From a virus (Duplodnaviria > Caudoviricetes): a DNA stretch of 27,329 nucleotides. Made by a program: the position numbers and the translations under genes. This document shows positions 15,625-24,424 of this stretch, in pieces (position 1 is the stretch's first letter; each line of letters starts with the position of its first letter). The stretch is taken from positions 1 to 27,329 of IMG/VR virus record IMGVR_UViG_3300007778_000028; one strand, 5' to 3'. Below the pieces are notes generated by a model. The model had not been told where the DNA came from. It searched no databases and saw only the letters and a list, made by a program, of their open reading frames with translations.

Positions 15625-17016
15625 TCAAGAAGTAACGATGCGCAGACGTGTTACGAAGGTTGGGATAACAGATTTCAGACCTGTCCAAACCGCCGCAAAA
15701 CGCTGGTTTCTAAGTGGGTTAGAGCCAGTTCCCATTGTGTTAGAAACGAACAATGGCATGTATGGCGCATGTACCAATGGCGCTTCAAAGTGGCTGTTGC
15801 CCTTGTAGCAGCACAGCATGTCATCAGACGCGATGATGTTCGCAGCACGGATAACAGGAACTCCATTAAAGAAGCCGTATAGACCTACTGCGCTGTTCAT
15901 GCCGCCTTCAGCAGCAGTGAAACCTGCCATGCCACGCAGAGTAGCAGCAGCAGACGCGCCAGCGATGATGCGGCTGATTGAGCCACGTCCAGAGTTGGCA
16001 TTAAGAAGCGCTTCTGCCTGTGCAAATGCGTCTATAAATGTCAACTTATGTTCAGCGTAAGACACGGCAGATGGTGCAGTGCGATCCCACGTAGTTACGC
16101 CAACAGCCGCAGCGTCAAGACGCTGGATAGCCGCAGTGTTAGTTACGCGAGTCAGTTCGCCGGTTAGATCCTGAGCAACTTCGTCCATTGCAAGACGACC
16201 GAAGCGCTTGCTGAAAGAGTACTCTTGCAGGATACCAACTTCAGATTTCAGTGCGAAAACTTCAGCACGGATATCAGTAGATGCCAAAGTGCCTGCGATG
16301 CCCTGAATGTCAGACTGAGCTTCAAACAGCTGCTCGTAAGTAGCCATGATAGAAGCGCCGTTAGCAACAGCGTCAACGAAAGTTACTTCAACCATACCTG
16401 TTTCGTAGTTGATAGAACCTGTAGCGCCGTTACCCAGCAGAGTGCCGTTGCCGTCATCCATTACTTTCACGCCGCCAACGGTCGCAGTGAAGCTGCGTGG
16501 ACGAACCTGCTCATTAGCAAGGTTTGCAGAGAAAGTAGTAGTAGCGCCGTCACCTGAAGCCATAACTTCAGTAACAGTCGCAGCACCGTAAGACGAGTTC
16601 CAGTCACGTACGCCATTCTGAGCGTCCATGATGATCTGACCTTGGGTGCGACCTGCTGCGTTAGAAGTAGCAACAACCTGTTTGTAGTAGACGATGCCCT
16701 GCTCTTCCTGAATTGGCTGCGTGCTTGCTACCAGCGGAAGGATTGAGTTGCCGTGTGCAGCCGCGATTACGTCCAGAGCAACGCTTGGCAGCTGACCCAG
16801 AGCACCTACAGTGCCGGTAGACTCAACGTAGTTCTGGTACTCTTCGTACTGTTCCAGCTGACGACCGAGACAGTAGATCTCAGAAGCGGAAACAGACGCG
16901 CCTGATTTAGCCAGAGCAGAGTGAGACTCAAATGCTTCGATCTGGTCACGGTATTTTTCAAAGTAGCGGTCAGCATTGTTTTCAATGATTGACTCGTTCA
17001 TTTTTTCAAATGACAT
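15625..17016 (-). CDS. Major capsid protein (T4 gp23-like, HK97 fold)
   Basis: Start MSFEKMNE (ATG 17016, AGGA RBS), 463 aa. LVASTQPI..QGIVYY, YKG.S.FEAPLVHAPYMPL are gp23-like motifs; directly follows the protease/scaffold gene. Confidence 0.9.
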   Translation of the reverse strand: MSFEKMNESIIENNADRYFEKYRDQIEAFESHSALAKSGASVSASEIYCLGRQLEQYEEYQNYVESTGTVGALGQLPSVALDVIAAAHGNSILPLVASTQPIQEEQGIVYYKQVVATSNAAGRTQGQIIMDAQNGVRDWNSSYGAATVTEVMASGDGATTTFSANLANEQVRPRSFTATVGGVKVMDDGNGTLLGNGATGSINYETGMVEVTFVDAVANGASIMATYEQLFEAQSDIQGIAGTLASTDIRAEVFALKSEVGILQEYSFSKRFGRLAMDEVAQDLTGELTRVTNTAAIQRLDAAAVGVTTWDRTAPSAVSYAEHKLTFIDAFAQAEALLNANSGRGSISRIIAGASAAATLRGMAGFTAAEGGMNSAVGLYGFFNGVPVIRAANIIASDDMLCCYKGNSHFEAPLVHAPYMPLFVSNTMGTGSNPLRNQRFAAVWTGLKSVIPTFVTRLRIVTS

Positions 17017-17048
17017 GATGTATTTCCTATTTTGCGGAGTGATAAATA

Positions 17049-17207
17049 CTGGCAAGCGCCAGCCTTCGACTAACTGGATTTACTTTAAATCGGAAGTGCC
17101 GCAGAAATTTCTATCCGGTGAGTGCACACGCGGTACACTCAAATCTCACGTACTTGATCTAGTCAACTTCAAGCACGCACGTAAAACGCTGTGCGCAACG
17201 CACACAG
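17049..17207 (-). other. Cluster of stem-loops in the ~260-bp leader of the capsid gene
   Basis: Hairpins at 17049-17062, 17119-17141, 17149-17177 and 17189-17207; the imperfect pair in three of them is G.U only on the minus strand. Confidence 0.55.
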
Positions 17208-17275
17208 TTAGAAAGGGTCACCTGCCCCGACGTGTCGCCCGCCAGAGTGAATGTGTCAGAGCAAGTGAAATTGAA

Positions 17276-19204
17276 TTACTTCATTAGCTTCGCAGCACGT
17301 GAAACATCGGCACCGCGTGTAGACGGTACAGGACATTCAACGCGAGCTTCGTGGAAGACGTTGTAGCGATTGCCTTCCATCAAAGATGCAGCATTGTGGG
17401 TGCGGAAACGCTCAGCCAAACGCTCGGTCAGTGTTGCATCTTCAACGAGTACAGACTCTTCTACGGCATGAGTGTCGTATGCTTCCTCTGCCTCGGAGTC
17501 TTCCGCATCGTCGTCGTCTTCGTCAGACTCATCTTCTTCGTCTGAGCCATCTTCTTCTGAGTCTTCGTCGTCAGACTCGTCTTCTGCATCAGACTCTTCC
17601 GACTCTTCAGCCACAACTTCAGCATCAAGCTCGACAACGTCAACAGCCTCAACAGCGTCCTCAAGTTCAACAGCCTCAACAGCGTCTTCAACTTCAACTT
17701 CAACAGCCTCAACAGGCTCTTCAAGTTCAACTGCTTCCTCAACCTCTGCTTCGACAGCGTCGTCTGCATCTTCACCAAGATCGAACATGCCGAGAATGTC
17801 ATCGACGCTCTTACCCGCATTGAGCATTTCAACCACAGCTTCAAGCTTCAGATGCGTGCGATCTGACACGTCGTGAGCCAATGCAGTCTGCTGCTCAACG
17901 CGCAGTGCTGTGAAGAAATTTTCACTCTGCATTAGCGCGGCGCGGATCTCAGACGGCGTACCCGCGTCAGCAACCAGCGACTCAAACGCTTCGAGTGCTT
18001 CACGAATCTCAGCAGGTGTACCTAACTCTTCGATCAACGCATCAAACGCTTCTAGGGCTTCAGTGATATCAGCCGGTGTGCCAATTACCGCGAACTGCTC
18101 TAGCTGCTCAAGGCTTTCAATGATGTGTGCAGGTGCGCCGTGAGTCTCGAAAAACTCGCGCGACTGAGTCAGCGCTTTTTCAATCTCCACGGCTTCACCG
18201 AGCGATTCATACGCTTCGACTTTAGCTAACTTCTCGCTTAGCTCTTCGACCGCACCAAACGCAGTGTAGCTTTCGAGCGCTTCTATAGCAGTCTTCAGTG
18301 ACTCAGCGACTTCGCGCTCTGAGCCATGCTTGGCATACTCAGCAATGCGTGCTTCGAGTGCTTCACGATCAGCGTGCGCAGTTGCCAGCTCTTCACGCTG
18401 AGCTTCAAGCATCTCAAGCGCTTCGTTGCGGCTTGCTTGTACGTCGCTTAGTTCCGATTTTAGTGCGTCCAAAACAGTCGCATCCACGGTGTTTTCAGTA
18501 GTAGTTGTCATAGTACTCTCTGTTTTTTCAATAGTTGCGGGTGCGACCGCAGGGATTTCAGCATGACCGTCTTCAAGCACTGCGCTTGGCGAATCACTAA
18601 GTAAAAGCTCTTTAACAGTTTCTTCCGTCAAAGATGCCTTTGTTTTCTCGCGCTCAATCTCTTCCACCAAACTTGGCTTTGCGTCTAAAAACCCTGGATC
18701 TAACACGAAATCGACGCTATCTAACGCGAACTTGCTGGGATCTATCACATTTTGACCAGCATCATTTTTAGCTTCCAGATACTCACCACGAGCGCGTGTA
18801 GAGACTGAAATAGCGGAACCGGCACGCAACAAGGTGTTGAGCGTTCGACCTGACGGTGTATTGAGGATTAGAAACTCCGCCATGCCTTTGCCCGTGGACT
18901 CGTCGATGTAAATGCGATTCACGATATGGCTAATCTTGCCTTCACGTACAGCGACGTCATCCAACGGCTGATCGTGACCAACTGAGCCAAATACAAGACG
19001 TTTCCCTAAGCGTGTTTGCAGCGACTCATCTTTGAGCGCATTCGTCCACGCTTCACGTGGGTAGAATCGGTTGTTACGCGAGGCGGAGTCAGGGAAAAAA
19101 GCTTCGCCAGAGGCACGGGCAATTATGTGCTCACCGTCGACGATAGACTGTGATTCGCTCAGCGCGACAGAATTTCCCGATTCCCAAATTTCAATAATTT
19201 CCAT
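17276..19204 (-). CDS. Prohead protease (T4 gp21-like) fused to scaffold
   Basis: NNRFYP, GSVGH, ISHIV, LNTPSGR, VSTRARG and DFVLDPGF in the first ~180 aa; then coiled coil, 20-aa helical repeats and an acidic tract. Confidence 0.88.
   Translation of the reverse strand: MEIIEIWESGNSVALSESQSIVDGEHIIARASGEAFFPDSASRNNRFYPREAWTNALKDESLQTRLGKRLVFGSVGHDQPLDDVAVREGKISHIVNRIYIDESTGKGMAEFLILNTPSGRTLNTLLRAGSAISVSTRARGEYLEAKNDAGQNVIDPSKFALDSVDFVLDPGFLDAKPSLVEEIEREKTKASLTEETVKELLLSDSPSAVLEDGHAEIPAVAPATIEKTESTMTTTTENTVDATVLDALKSELSDVQASRNEALEMLEAQREELATAHADREALEARIAEYAKHGSEREVAESLKTAIEALESYTAFGAVEELSEKLAKVEAYESLGEAVEIEKALTQSREFFETHGAPAHIIESLEQLEQFAVIGTPADITEALEAFDALIEELGTPAEIREALEAFESLVADAGTPSEIRAALMQSENFFTALRVEQQTALAHDVSDRTHLKLEAVVEMLNAGKSVDDILGMFDLGEDADDAVEAEVEEAVELEEPVEAVEVEVEDAVEAVELEDAVEAVDVVELDAEVVAEESEESDAEDESDDEDSEEDGSDEEDESDEDDDDAEDSEAEEAYDTHAVEESVLVEDATLTERLAERFRTHNAASLMEGNRYNVFHEARVECPVPSTRGADVSRAAKLMK
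17912..18325 (-). repeat. ~20-aa helical repeats in the scaffold (GTPxEIxEALExF), ~7 degenerate copies
   Basis: GTPADITEALEAFDALIEEL / GTPAEIREALEAFESLVADA / GTPSEIRAALMQSENFF and more divergent upstream copies. Confidence 0.75.
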
Positions 19205-19222
19205 TTTGGTAATCCTTTAATT

Positions 19223-19786
19223 TCAGCGCTGAACTAGATCAGATAGAAAGTCTGTCTGCTCGTCTGTCAGCTTTGCAGCACTACCAGCAAGTAGCGCGGT
19301 TCGCAATTCGATCTCTAGCTCATCGAGCAGCGGCATCGACTCTTCAAACAGCAATGAATAAGCTGATTCTTCATCGATAGAGCTGGAGTACTTAAGATCG
19401 ACACTCAAATGTGTTTTCAGCGAGTTGAGCGCCACTAAGCATTCAACCAGCAACACTCTGTCAGCGCACTCTCGCATCGCTAACCAGCGCGCGAGCTTGC
19501 GGTGAAAACGTTTACCTTTTGTGGAACGGGCGAAACGCTTAATGCCCTTTTCCAAATTATTACGCTTAAGACGCCACTGCTTTTTCGTCATTTTCGAGCG
19601 CTTCAAATCTTTGACTCGACTGAGCTGCCTCGCACGCTGCGTCAGCGTCTCTTGATCTGTGAACTCATACACAGACTGGTCTGAATCAGACTGAACAAGC
19701 TGCTCACTGCCGACTTCAAGCTCAAACAGAACGCGATCTGCGACGGAGCCAAAGCGGATTTGTGTTTGTGAATCGCTATTTGACAT
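19223..19786 (-). CDS. Putative prohead core protein with central basic segment
   Basis: Lies between portal and protease; SVADRVLFELE N-terminus and a K/R-rich middle. Confidence 0.55.
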   Translation of the reverse strand: MSNSDSQTQIRFGSVADRVLFELEVGSEQLVQSDSDQSVYEFTDQETLTQRARQLSRVKDLKRSKMTKKQWRLKRNNLEKGIKRFARSTKGKRFHRKLARWLAMRECADRVLLVECLVALNSLKTHLSVDLKYSSSIDEESAYSLLFEESMPLLDELEIELRTALLAGSAAKLTDEQTDFLSDLVQR

Positions 19787-20361
19787 TAACTCTCTCTCCG
19801 ACTCGTTTTCAGCGTATCGACTAACTGCTTAAAAGCCTGCGTCTCAATGCCTGCGGTCACTGCTGCAATTGCGTCTGCTAGGTGCTCATTGGCATTAGTT
19901 AGCGTTTCTTTGCCTTTAAGCTTGCGCGTGATCCAGTTTGCATACGGATAGCGCGCGTGCGCCCACTGAATCATGTCGTCTTTGCTTGCCGTACGTGTTC
20001 CAACCGTCGCCAATTTAACTGCATAAGGGTCGACTTCGATCACCGGCTTATTGTGAATTGCGCCAATCAAGCCGTAACAGATACCGACGCTCTTCATAGC
20101 GTTCGCAGATTGCGAGCCAATTGGCACCTCAACGACGATGACGTCACAGATATTGACGAATTCACGCAAATCACGTGCTAACTCTCGAACACGTCGCAGA
20201 TCGTCGGTCGACTGTTTTGTCTTCGTCTTCGCGCGCTGCGTGTGTCTCAGGTGCAAGTGATCAACTTCGATGACTTTCATAAAGTCGGTGCAGACGCGTG
20301 TCACCGCAAAACCAAAATTGGCGAAGGCTGGATCAACGCCGAGCACTCGTAAAATTGCCAT
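19786..20361 (-). CDS. ruvC: RuvC-like Holliday junction resolvase
   Basis: VLGVDPAFANFG, VVEVP, VKLA..G...ASKDDM and EHLADAIA catalytic motifs. Confidence 0.85.
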   Translation of the reverse strand: MAILRVLGVDPAFANFGFAVTRVCTDFMKVIEVDHLHLRHTQRAKTKTKQSTDDLRRVRELARDLREFVNICDVIVVEVPIGSQSANAMKSVGICYGLIGAIHNKPVIEVDPYAVKLATVGTRTASKDDMIQWAHARYPYANWITRKLKGKETLTNANEHLADAIAAVTAGIETQAFKQLVDTLKTSRRES

Positions 20362-20384
20362 GCGCTGATCTCCTTTAAAGCTAC

Positions 20385-21980
20385 CTAGTAGCCGCTGTCA
20401 TCGTCATCATTTGGCTCTTCAGGCTCTTTCACGCCTTCTGCATAGATAAAGTCGTATCTGAAGCCAACATCACCGAGCGCAGATTTCACGTAGTTCGCGA
20501 ACGCCTCACCGTTAATGCGATGCTTCATATTCAAATCCGACGTGTACATTTCCTGCGCAAGACGGTGCAGTTCGTTGATTGAACTAAGCTGCAATTCGAT
20601 ACCTTCTAGGTTGCTCAACTCGTCAACCGACAGGTTAGAGCGCATATCGACTTTGACGTCGGACAAACGAATGCGCGTGTCTTGGAACTTGTTGACCAAG
20701 TGGTTTAAGCACAACTGCTGCAAGCCACGCGTAATCGCACGCTGGATCGTTGTGATTTTTCGCGAGTAACGTGCGTACTGTTTTAGTGCAGCACGACGGT
20801 TACCGACTTCACCAAACAGCAGCTCGCTTGGGATACCCAAAGCTGTTGCAGCGACTTCACGGTAGTCACGTATCAAGGGCAGCAAGTCCATCGACTTGTC
20901 GCCTTGGTTCAAATCGACCTTATCGAGCTGACCTTTGTCTGAGAAAATCGGTACGACTTTGACGCGTGAACTGTCTTGGATCATGCCTGACAGCTTATCC
21001 ATTGGGTTCGCACCCTGCATACCTGCCGACGTCTGCTGACGGGAATTCGCGTTGAGCATATTCTCGTAGCGCTTAGTAATGTCGACTAGCTCATTGGGTG
21101 CAGTGGAGTTGGGTAACGACAGACCGATGATATTCGGACGTGTCAAACTCGATACAGAGTTAGCTGCACTGACTTTTTCAAGCAACATCAGCTCTTTGAG
21201 CTTATCAATACCTGACCAAATCACTGAGCGTCCGATTCTGTAAAAAGGTGAACGCATCTTCAGGTCTTTAGGTGCACGCTGCGCTGAATCGACACGCAGT
21301 TTGCGTGAGTTGATACAGAAGTGGGCGAAATCGCGAACCGGTGCCACTTTGAAGCTGTCTGCGTCGCGAATCCAAAAAGCACGAGGCAGCTGAGAGTCGT
21401 AGAGCGCGACAAAATCGCTCGGCGTCACTGAATCGACAATCTCGATGATACCCTTGCCAGACTCGACAGTCGTACCAAGTGCATATTCACCGTATAGCAG
21501 CATCTCGGGTAGAATATCTTCAATCAGATTGACAACATCGAACTCTTCCATGAAGCGCTTTAGCTCTTTATCGAGTTCGGGAATATCAGAAGAGACGTCG
21601 ATCACGGAACCTGTATTGGAATCCGTTAAAACGTCATCACAAATCACGTCAAGTGCTAACGTCACGAAGTAGTAATTTCTGAACTGCTCGATCTCTTTGT
21701 AAATCGAGTCTCGGTCTTGTCTAATATTCAAGAAACCGTTGAGGATCTGTTGGTAGTAATCAGATTCGTTTTGATAGAGTGACAGATCCGGTGCTTTAAA
21801 GTTTTTACCCAGCAGCGCGTTACGCAGCATGTCGGCACCCGAACGCGCTGAGCTTGCGCCCATGTCGGCACCCTGATTTAAGTACGCGGCAGTTTTTTGC
21901 TCAGTACGAGTCATGCCACTCGTATCGAATGACTCTTTAATTGAGTCGTTATTTTCAGGGGTATCATTCACGGCGGGCAC
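20385..21980 (-). CDS. Portal protein (T4 gp20-like)
   Basis: 531 aa; ALDVICDD, LLYGEY, GRSVI...KELMLLE and ALGIPSELL motifs; between terminase and protease. Confidence 0.85.
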   Translation of the reverse strand: MPAVNDTPENNDSIKESFDTSGMTRTEQKTAAYLNQGADMGASSARSGADMLRNALLGKNFKAPDLSLYQNESDYYQQILNGFLNIRQDRDSIYKEIEQFRNYYFVTLALDVICDDVLTDSNTGSVIDVSSDIPELDKELKRFMEEFDVVNLIEDILPEMLLYGEYALGTTVESGKGIIEIVDSVTPSDFVALYDSQLPRAFWIRDADSFKVAPVRDFAHFCINSRKLRVDSAQRAPKDLKMRSPFYRIGRSVIWSGIDKLKELMLLEKVSAANSVSSLTRPNIIGLSLPNSTAPNELVDITKRYENMLNANSRQQTSAGMQGANPMDKLSGMIQDSSRVKVVPIFSDKGQLDKVDLNQGDKSMDLLPLIRDYREVAATALGIPSELLFGEVGNRRAALKQYARYSRKITTIQRAITRGLQQLCLNHLVNKFQDTRIRLSDVKVDMRSNLSVDELSNLEGIELQLSSINELHRLAQEMYTSDLNMKHRINGEAFANYVKSALGDVGFRYDFIYAEGVKEPEEPNDDDDSGY

Positions 21981-21989
21981 TCTCTAGGT

Positions 21990-22469
21990 TTAATTCGTAA
22001 TCCCTTTCGCTTTCTCAAACGTGCGAAGGGTTGCGCCGGTCAACAAAATACCCAGAAGGGAATACAGTTGCTCGGCAGGTAATCGGGGAAGCTCGTTGGG
22101 ATCAAACGGGATCTCAAAAAAGTAGCTCGCCAGCTGAATGCCGTAGGCGACAAACATGTCGAGCGCTACGCCAACGACGGCGACCCATGCTAAGGCAGGT
22201 CGCCACGCGGATTTGAACCAGCTTGTCGATAAACTCTCTTGTACCAGAGCAAAAGTCTGGGCGACGTGTGGCGATTTCGCTAAGTCCGCAAGCCCTTCAA
22301 CTGTTTCGATTGAATCATGTCCTGCGTTTGCTTTCTTAGTTGAGAGCTTGTCTTCAATTTGATCAGCAACCACATTGACGACGGTTTCTGCGACCGCATC
22401 TTTTGAATCTCGCGACGTCCATAGATACGAGACTGCTTTGAAAACTGCGGATATTAGCAATGGATTCAT
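21990..22469 (-). CDS. 3TM-type holin (gene-transfer-release holin family)
   Basis: SWFKSAWRPALAWV...LLGILL.G..LRTFEKAKG signature with hydrophobic helices. Confidence 0.75.
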   Translation of the reverse strand: MNPLLISAVFKAVSYLWTSRDSKDAVAETVVNVVADQIEDKLSTKKANAGHDSIETVEGLADLAKSPHVAQTFALVQESLSTSWFKSAWRPALAWVAVVGVALDMFVAYGIQLASYFFEIPFDPNELPRLPAEQLYSLLGILLTGATLRTFEKAKGITN

Positions 22470-22486
22470 TCCTACCTCCTTGCCGG

Positions 22487-22690
22487 TTAGATGTATCCGA
22501 GATCTTCTAGCACGCTGGTTTGGACGTAATAGACAGTCGAATCATCGGCAACGCAGGTAAACGTGTCACACGGCGCATCAATATCATGCTCAGTGATCGT
22601 GTACTCGCCGTATGGCAAGAGACACGTCGAGTCACTGTCACGGTGAATCGCATCAACTGGGCTATGAACTTCAAAACGATCAACACTCAT
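22487..22690 (-). CDS. Hypothetical protein
   Basis: ATG at 22690 just after the upstream stop codon; tiles the operon. Confidence 0.55.
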   Translation of the reverse strand: MSVDRFEVHSPVDAIHRDSDSTCLLPYGEYTITEHDIDAPCDTFTCVADDSTVYYVQTSVLEDLGYI

Positions 22691-22694
22691 AAAA

Positions 22695-22916
22695 TTACCA
22701 AAACCCTTTCGGACAACTCGCATTTTTCAGCCGTGCTTTGGCTGGCATCACGCAACCACATACTGCACACATTTTTAGCGTCGCATTGTAGTGATCACAG
22801 CGACTACAGATGTCGAGACGACGCTTAGCGCGCGCCTCTCGATCTTCAGCTGCCGCGTCTGCCTTCGCCTTAATTTCCGTAAGACGCTTAACGGCGCGTG
22901 ATGCAAAATTCGACAT
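22695..22916 (-). CDS. Small Cys-rich Zn-binding protein (DUF6171-like)
   Basis: Start MSNFASR (ATG 22916, GGAG RBS); RL.IC..C...C..CGC...K......CP...W. Confidence 0.75.
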   Translation of the reverse strand: MSNFASRAVKRLTEIKAKADAAAEDREARAKRRLDICSRCDHYNATLKMCAVCGCVMPAKARLKNASCPKGFW

Positions 22917-22930
22917 GGTAATATCTCCAA

Positions 22931-23164
22931 CTATCTCGGCTTTGGCAGCGTAGTAAGCGGGACAAGTGGAAAATAATTCGACTCGTCGATCACATACGAG
23001 TGGACTACCCATCGACCCGACGGAGGTGTTGCGGTTGTATCTAAGCTATCTGAAAGTGACAAAGCGTTTGCACGATCTCGCGCGTAATCTGCTGTACTGT
23101 AAACGCCGTCTAGCAGCACTTCATTTCCATTCGTCCAACTCACAACATAAACGCGGCTACTCAT
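22931..23164 (-). CDS. Hypothetical protein
   Basis: ATG at 23164 with GAGGTGG RBS; VYVV...GVYST..A pattern seen in small phage proteins. Confidence 0.65.
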   Translation of the reverse strand: MSSRVYVVSWTNGNEVLLDGVYSTADYARDRANALSLSDSLDTTATPPSGRWVVHSYVIDESNYFPLVPLTTLPKPR

Positions 23165-23179
23165 ACCCACCTCGCTCTT

Positions 23180-23539
23180 TTAGATTGACACTGGCATCAG
23201 CTTGATCAAATCTTGACTAAATCTTGCATCAGCACCCGAGCCGACAACGCAAACGCTGGAACGATCTTCCGCAATGACTGCGAGCATCCAGTTTCTTGTC
23301 GTATCAGACACTAAATAAACAAAAGTCAGCCCGTTTGCCTCACCCTCACTACTAACCGGTGAGCCTGTGATGACGGGCTTAAGACCGACTTTTCCGGTCG
23401 CGTCGACAAACTGCGAGAACTCAAAGCACTCGTGCTTCATGTCGAGTGTGAATTTCACAGGCGGTTTTATAGAGTCCGATGCAAACACCGAAGCGGAAAG
23501 ACAAGTTGCAGTTAAAATAAGAGATTTTAGTGACAACAT
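23180..23539 (-). CDS. Putative secreted/periplasmic protein
   Basis: MLSLKSLILTATCLSASVFA|SD looks like a Sec signal peptide; two Cys in the mature part. Confidence 0.65.
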   Translation of the reverse strand: MLSLKSLILTATCLSASVFASDSIKPPVKFTLDMKHECFEFSQFVDATGKVGLKPVITGSPVSSEGEANGLTFVYLVSDTTRNWMLAVIAEDRSSVCVVGSGADARFSQDLIKLMPVSI

Positions 23540-23640
23540 TTTGCGCCCCTTGGTCAAAATGACCGTTTAGTGGCGGCGAGCGGCGCATTCAAATAGCGTT
23601 TTTCAAAGCAGACAGTATCCGCTTTCAGAAAAGCTACGTA

Positions 23641-23931
23641 TTAAGTGTGCTGCACATCTTCAAGCAAGCCTTCGATAATTCGCGAGACAATTTCAGGGTT
23701 CGCGGTTACGTACTCAGAGTGCACCGTGAAGATGTCTTTTAAGTGCGAGATCACCTTACGCTCAAACGCGCGCGTTGGAACTTCATACAGCGAGTAAAAG
23801 AAGACACGTGGCGTAGTTGAGCGATGAGACTTCAACCGTTGATGCGGATTCTGCGTCACTCCAACTTTACACCGTGACGGTCGCTCATCGTCTGCGAGGA
23901 CGTAAACATATTGCTGGACTTTGTTGCGCAT
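23641..23931 (-). CDS. GIY-YIG nuclease family protein (T5orf172-like)
   Basis: YVYV...KVGVTQNPHQRL...FERKVI...SEYV. Confidence 0.75.
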   Translation of the reverse strand: MRNKVQQYVYVLADDERPSRCKVGVTQNPHQRLKSHRSTTPRVFFYSLYEVPTRAFERKVISHLKDIFTVHSEYVTANPEIVSRIIEGLLEDVQHT

Positions 23932-23954
23932 AGAGTCTCCACGCGCAACGGCGT

Positions 23955-24260
23955 TTATCTGTCGAAAATCTTATCAATCAAATGCTTAGTAGCGTATAGC
24001 CCGACTGCTAGGGTAAAAAGGACAGCCGCGTCGATAAAAATAGAACCCGACGACGGCAATGAGACGCCGGTCAACCCAACACTTGTTTGCGACCCACTTC
24101 CGTGTACAAGAGATACGCCCGAAGATGGCACTTGATCTGGACACTCGACATCATCACTCGGAATGCACTGCGTGTCGTAATCAGGTGCAACAAAATACTC
24201 TTTCACAAGCGCTTGCTGCGCGTTATCTGGCTGATCTTGAAGTTCGTTTTGCGCGTTCAT
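23955..24260 (-). CDS. Hypothetical membrane protein (single C-terminal TM helix)
   Basis: IFIDAAVLFTLAVGLYAT hydrophobic segment; AGGT RBS before the ATG at 24260. Confidence 0.6.
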   Translation of the reverse strand: MNAQNELQDQPDNAQQALVKEYFVAPDYDTQCIPSDDVECPDQVPSSGVSLVHGSGSQTSVGLTGVSLPSSGSIFIDAAVLFTLAVGLYATKHLIDKIFDR

Positions 24261-24424
24261 AGTTAGCACCTAAGATTAACGAGAAGGCTGGCACCCGCGA
24301 TAACTCGTAAACAAATCTACGCTTTATCCAGCTTTATCACACAACTGAGCAGTGTATTGCTCCATAAACGTGGGGTGGCTAGCTTGTTTCCAGCGGAGCT
24401 GAGGGTTACTAGCAAAAACCCAAA

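Noticed and set aside
17351-17876. Ser-rich and Gln-rich plus-strand ORFs and an alternative-frame minus ORF
   Set aside because: Shadows of the acidic low-complexity scaffold tract.
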